Assembly: GCA_002719295.1 (NCBI GenBank)
Contig: PBHC01000012.1
Span: forward strand, 9,928-73,927
DNA length: 64,000 bases
Direction of reading: 5' to 3'
Source: Chloroflexota bacterium
GTDB lineage: Bacteria > Chloroflexota > Dehalococcoidia > Lucifugimonadales > Lucifugimonadaceae
The first letter of the stretch is position 1, and each line of letters opens with the position of its first letter. The notes under the pieces were generated by a model that was not told the DNA's origin, did no database searches, and saw nothing but the letters and a program-made list of their open reading frames with translations. The translations under genes were made by a program, and so were the position numbers. This document shows positions 60,130 to 64,000 of the stretch, in pieces.

Positions 60130-61122
60130 ATGAGTAAAAAATACAAAGCGGTAAAATTTTGGGCTAAAATACCACATGGAATTTGGCTAAGAGAAGCAAC
60201 AAGCGTTTCAATCGATAGTGATGATAATGTCTACATATTTAATAGAGGGAATATGCCTTTATTGATTTTTGATAAAAATGGCGATTTGATTAAATCTTGG
60301 GGTAACGAAGATCCTTATGGAGATATAAAAGTAGAAGCATTAAGAATTGATTATAAACTTCAAACATGGGCTGGCTCTAAGTTTGTAAGGCCTCATTCAA
60401 TACTCTTAGATTATGAGGATAATATTTGGTGTGTAGATGATAGTGGACATAAAATTTATAAGTTTAATCAATCTTTAGAATTGTTACTTTCACTAGGTGA
60501 TGGCAATCCTTCAGAAAGAGAAAGTGGAAAACCTTTTAATAGGCCAACTGATATTACTATAAATAAAGCCAATGGTGATATTTTTATATCTGATGGATAT
60601 GGAAATTCAAGAATACATCATTACGATAGTGAAGGAAAACATATAAATAGTTGGGGAGAATCAGGCACTCAACCAGGTCAGTTCTCACTTCCTCATAATT
60701 TATGTATGATAAGTGAAGATGAACTTATTGTTTGCGACAGAGAAAATCATAGAGTTCAAATTTTTTCTACATCGGGGGAATTTATTAGAGAATGGCATGT
60801 TCACAAAGCAACAGCTGTTACGTCTGATAATAAAGGTAATATATATATAGCTGAGCAAGGTCCTCCTCCTGTTCAAACTGGTGTCAAGAACTTGGGGCAT
60901 TCAGTAAGCATTTGGAATAAACAAGGGGATCTAATACAAAGAATTGGATCCGAACTTCCAGGAGAAGAAGCTGACCAATTTTTATGGCCTCACTCAATTT
61001 CTGTTGATTCTAAAGGAAGAATATTTGTTGCTGAAGTGTCATATGTTGAAGTAGGCAGGACTCTTTCTCCTCCTAGAGAAATGACAAGTTTCAGAGTTTG
61101 GGAACCATTACCTAACAACTAA
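60130..61122 (+). CDS. NHL-repeat protein, peptidyl-alpha-hydroxyglycine alpha-amidating lyase (PAL)-like
   Basis: RPHSI, FNRPTDI, SDGYGNSRI, LPHNL, DRENHRVQ, WPHSI. Confidence 0.82.
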   Translation: MSKKYKAVKFWAKIPHGIWLREATSVSIDSDDNVYIFNRGNMPLLIFDKNGDLIKSWGNEDPYGDIKVEALRIDYKLQTWAGSKFVRPHSILLDYEDNIWCVDDSGHKIYKFNQSLELLLSLGDGNPSERESGKPFNRPTDITINKANGDIFISDGYGNSRIHHYDSEGKHINSWGESGTQPGQFSLPHNLCMISEDELIVCDRENHRVQIFSTSGEFIREWHVHKATAVTSDNKGNIYIAEQGPPPVQTGVKNLGHSVSIWNKQGDLIQRIGSELPGEEADQFLWPHSISVDSKGRIFVAEVSYVEVGRTLSPPREMTSFRVWEPLPNN

Positions 61123-63555
61123 ATTGATCAATTTATTTTCAATATAAATTTCTTTTATTATTTCTTTACCTGAAATATATTTTTTTAATTTTTCAGATTG
61201 ATCTAAATATGTTTTGATTTCTTCGATGCTTGCGTTTTTTTGCATTTCAACTTGATCTCTCAATTTACCATTGACTTGAATTATAAGAATAAAACTTGAT
61301 TTCTCTATCAGGTGATCTTTGTAGGAAGGGTTTTGTTGTAGATGTACTGAATTTTTATGCCCCAATTTTTCCCAAAGTTCCTCTGAAATATGAGGACAAA
61401 TTGGAGAAAGATGAATTAAAAGCCTTTTTAAAGCATCTGTCCAATCTGATTTAGAAACCTTTCCATCATTTCTTATTTTGGATAGAAAGTTGGTATATTC
61501 CATTAAAGAAGATATTGTTGTGTTGTACTTAAAGTTATTCATGTCTTCCAAGACATTTTTTGTAGTTAAATTGCTTAATTGAATTAATTTTTTAGATTCT
61601 TCTTTATCTAAATGTTTTTCTTTATAGTCAAAATTGGCTAATTCCCAGATTCTATGCAGCCATCTGTACACTCCATTTATTCCTGAATCTGACCAATCTC
61701 CTCCTCTATCCCATGGGCCTAAAAACATTAAGTAAGCTCGAACAGAGTCTGCACCATATTGTTTAACAAGAGGCTCTGGGTTCAATGGGTTATTTCTTTT
61801 TGAAATTTTCATATGTCGTGCAAGCATTACACCTTGGTTAAATAATCTTTTGTAAGGTTCGTCAAAGTCTACATATCCTAAATCTCGTAGAACTTTATTG
61901 AAAAATCTTGCATATAGCAAATGCATTACTGCATGCTCAGCTCCTCCCATATACTGATCGACTGGAGACCAATTAAGCACCTTTTGTTTTTCGAACGGTG
62001 AATCTAAAGAGCCTGGGCTAGTGAATCTTAAGTGATACCAAGATGAATCCATAAATGTATCCATAGTATCAGTTTCTCTTTTTAATCTTCCTAATTTAGG
62101 ATGATCAAAATAAAGAAAATTTTCATCAAGAGTTAAAGGGGATTGCCCTGTTGGCATAAATTCTTTAACATCAGGCAAAACAACAGGTAGTAAATTTTCT
62201 TCAACAGGAATAATTTGATCGTTTTGATCATAAAACATTGGGATAGGTGTTCCCCAATATCTCTGCCTTGAAATAAGCCAATCTCTAATATGATATGTGA
62301 TTGTTTTTTCGCCTACATTTTTATTTTCAATTAGGTTTGCAATACTTTTTTTTGCCTCTATATTATTTAACCCATCAAAATCTCCTGAATTAACTAAAGT
62401 TCCATTTTCTGTGTAAGCTTTGTTTAATTCGATGTTATTAGATCCATCAGGAGATATTACCAATCTTATTGGAAGGTTATATTTTTGAGCGAATATAAAA
62501 TCTCTCTCGTCATGAGCAGGAACTCCCATAACGGCTCCTGTACCGTAAGAAGCTAAGACATAATCACCTACAAAAACAGGAACCTTCTCATTGTTTATTG
62601 GATTTATACAATAAATATCTGTTTTTACACCTGTTTTCTCTCTTACAGTTGAAGTTCTATCAATTTCAGATAGTTTTTGAGCATTAATAATATAATTTTC
62701 AACATCTTTGTTATTTTCTAATTTTAGTTTTTTTATTATTGGGTGTTCTGGCGCAAGAACTAAAAATGTAACTCCGAACAAAGTATCTACTCTTGTTGTA
62801 AATGTGCTAATTTTTTCTGATGACCCTTGAATGCTAAAGTCGATTGTAACTCCTTCAGATTTTCCAATCCAGTTTTTTTGCATTTGTTTTATTTTTTCGG
62901 GCCATTCTAGATCATCCATATTAAGTAATTCTTCAGCATAATCTGTAATTTTGAAGTACCATTGGGGCATCATTTTTTTTATAACTTCAGCTCCTGATCT
63001 TTCTGATTTACCGTCTACAACCTGCTCATTTGCTAAGGTAGTTTGATCTATAGGGTCCCACCAAACAGGGCCGTTTTTTCGATAGGCTAATTTATGTTTA
63101 TACATTTCTAAGAAAAACTTTTGATTCCACTTATAATATTCAGGAGTACAAGTAACTAATTTTCTACTCCAATCATATGAATTCCCCATCATATCGAATT
63201 GATTTTGCATATTTTGAATGTTGTCGAATGTCCATTTTTTAGGATTTATATTTCTTTTTATAGCAGCATTTTCTGCGGGTAATCCAAAAGCATCAAATCC
63301 TTGAGGGTGCATTACATTAAAGCCTTCAAGTCTTTTAAATCTTGCATGAGCATCCGCAGGTGCAAATGCAAACCAATGTCCTATATGAAGATCTCCTGAT
63401 GGATAAGGGAACATTGATAATGCATACCAATTTTTTTTCGAATCTACTTTATCCTGAGTTTTATAGATTTCTTCTTTATTCCAAATCTCCTGCCACTTTT
63501 TTTCAACCTTGCTTGGCATGTAAGTTTGTGTATTAGAATTTTCTTCTTTTTGCAT
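61108..63555 (-). CDS. leuS: Leucyl-tRNA synthetase
   Basis: MFPYPSGDLHIGH, FDAFGLPAENAAI, GTGAVMGVPAHD, SRQRYWG, GGAEHAVMHLLYARF, KISKR, QVNGKLR. Confidence 0.97.
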   Translation of the reverse strand: MQKEENSNTQTYMPSKVEKKWQEIWNKEEIYKTQDKVDSKKNWYALSMFPYPSGDLHIGHWFAFAPADAHARFKRLEGFNVMHPQGFDAFGLPAENAAIKRNINPKKWTFDNIQNMQNQFDMMGNSYDWSRKLVTCTPEYYKWNQKFFLEMYKHKLAYRKNGPVWWDPIDQTTLANEQVVDGKSERSGAEVIKKMMPQWYFKITDYAEELLNMDDLEWPEKIKQMQKNWIGKSEGVTIDFSIQGSSEKISTFTTRVDTLFGVTFLVLAPEHPIIKKLKLENNKDVENYIINAQKLSEIDRTSTVREKTGVKTDIYCINPINNEKVPVFVGDYVLASYGTGAVMGVPAHDERDFIFAQKYNLPIRLVISPDGSNNIELNKAYTENGTLVNSGDFDGLNNIEAKKSIANLIENKNVGEKTITYHIRDWLISRQRYWGTPIPMFYDQNDQIIPVEENLLPVVLPDVKEFMPTGQSPLTLDENFLYFDHPKLGRLKRETDTMDTFMDSSWYHLRFTSPGSLDSPFEKQKVLNWSPVDQYMGGAEHAVMHLLYARFFNKVLRDLGYVDFDEPYKRLFNQGVMLARHMKISKRNNPLNPEPLVKQYGADSVRAYLMFLGPWDRGGDWSDSGINGVYRWLHRIWELANFDYKEKHLDKEESKKLIQLSNLTTKNVLEDMNNFKYNTTISSLMEYTNFLSKIRNDGKVSKSDWTDALKRLLIHLSPICPHISEELWEKLGHKNSVHLQQNPSYKDHLIEKSSFILIIQVNGKLRDQVEMQKNASIEEIKTYLDQSEKLKKYISGKEIIKEIYIENKLINLVVR

Positions 63556-63629
63556 TATTTATAATTGTTTATTTTCTTATGTACTATAGTATAAATGGAT
63601 TATTTAAAATTTTAACTTTGGTGGATAGA

Positions 63630-64000
63630 ATGTTTGATTTAATTATAAAAAATGGATTACTATACGACGGTAGTGGAGAAAAGCCAAAAAAACTAGATAT
63701 AGCTATAACTTCAGATAAAATATCTCAAATAGGGAGTTTTAATGGAACTGAAGCAGATAAAATAATTGATGCTCAAGGGTTATCTGTTTCACCAGGATTT
63801 ATTGACACGCATTCTCATGCAGATTTTGATATTCTAAAAAACCCTCAACATCTTTATGGGATTTCTCAAGGAGTTACCACTGAAATTCTTTCTCCTGATG
63901 GAATTGGAATAGTTCCTTTAAGTAAGTCAAAATCTCAAGAACATATCAAATATCTTTCAGGAATACTTGGACACCCAACTGAAGAATTTGATGGGACGTC
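63630..64000 (+). CDS. N-acyl-D-amino-acid deacylase / D-aminoacylase family amidohydrolase (runs off the window; not in ORF track)
   Basis: MFDLIIKNGLLYDGSG..DIAI..IIDAQGLSVSPGFIDTHSHAD..QGVTTE. Confidence 0.85.
   Translation, partial: MFDLIIKNGLLYDGSGEKPKKLDIAITSDKISQIGSFNGTEADKIIDAQGLSVSPGFIDTHSHADFDILKNPQHLYGISQGVTTEILSPDGIGIVPLSKSKSQEHIKYLSGILGHPTEEFDGT

Noticed and set aside
2077..63536. The many other 60-160 aa ORFs antisense to or inside confident genes (e.g. 9422-9736, 12470-12907, 18083-18565, 37210-37557, 52053-52451)
   Set aside because: They overlap well-supported genes on the opposite strand and show no recognisable motifs.
63556..63629. T-box upstream of leuS; palindrome TACTATAGTA at 63582-63591
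   Set aside because: 74 nt is too short for a T-box; the palindrome is short, AT-rich and explainable as overlapping divergent -10 elements.

Overview
Very AT-rich (roughly 25-30% GC by eye), densely packed bacterial chromosome segment. It uses genetic code 11: TGA ends several genes and Trp is TGG. Gene content and order (holB-cmk-plsC-dgt-dnaG-rpoD, trkH-trkA-USP-trkA-trkA, rpmB/fakA-degV-recG, enolase and NHL proteins) suggest a streamlined marine Chloroflexota of Dehalococcoidia/SAR202 type; this assignment is inference. Bases 1-13.4 kb are accessory and catabolic: a uronate-dehydrogenase-like SDR, a sulfatase, a signal-less DUF1501/NHL/DUF1800 module, HMA-MauE, an Eis-like GNAT, a YagF-type dehydratase, an enolase-superfamily enzyme and an RraA-family protein. 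A small + strand patch with micro-ORFs, ppnP and a candidate ~107-nt structured RNA interrupts this run. The rest is mostly housekeeping (mfd, proBA, thrB, lysC, recF, selD, lysA, dnaG, rpoD, Trk, ileS, trxB, argJBDGH, recG, leuS). Signals the ORF track misses: selD has an in-frame TGA (Sec16) followed by a SECIS-like hairpin; recF is intact but can only start at ATA; there is a promoter-plus-U-tail structured RNA candidate at 11121-11227; and there are two 27-28 aa membrane microproteins. No tRNA, rRNA, CRISPR array, IS element or prophage was seen.
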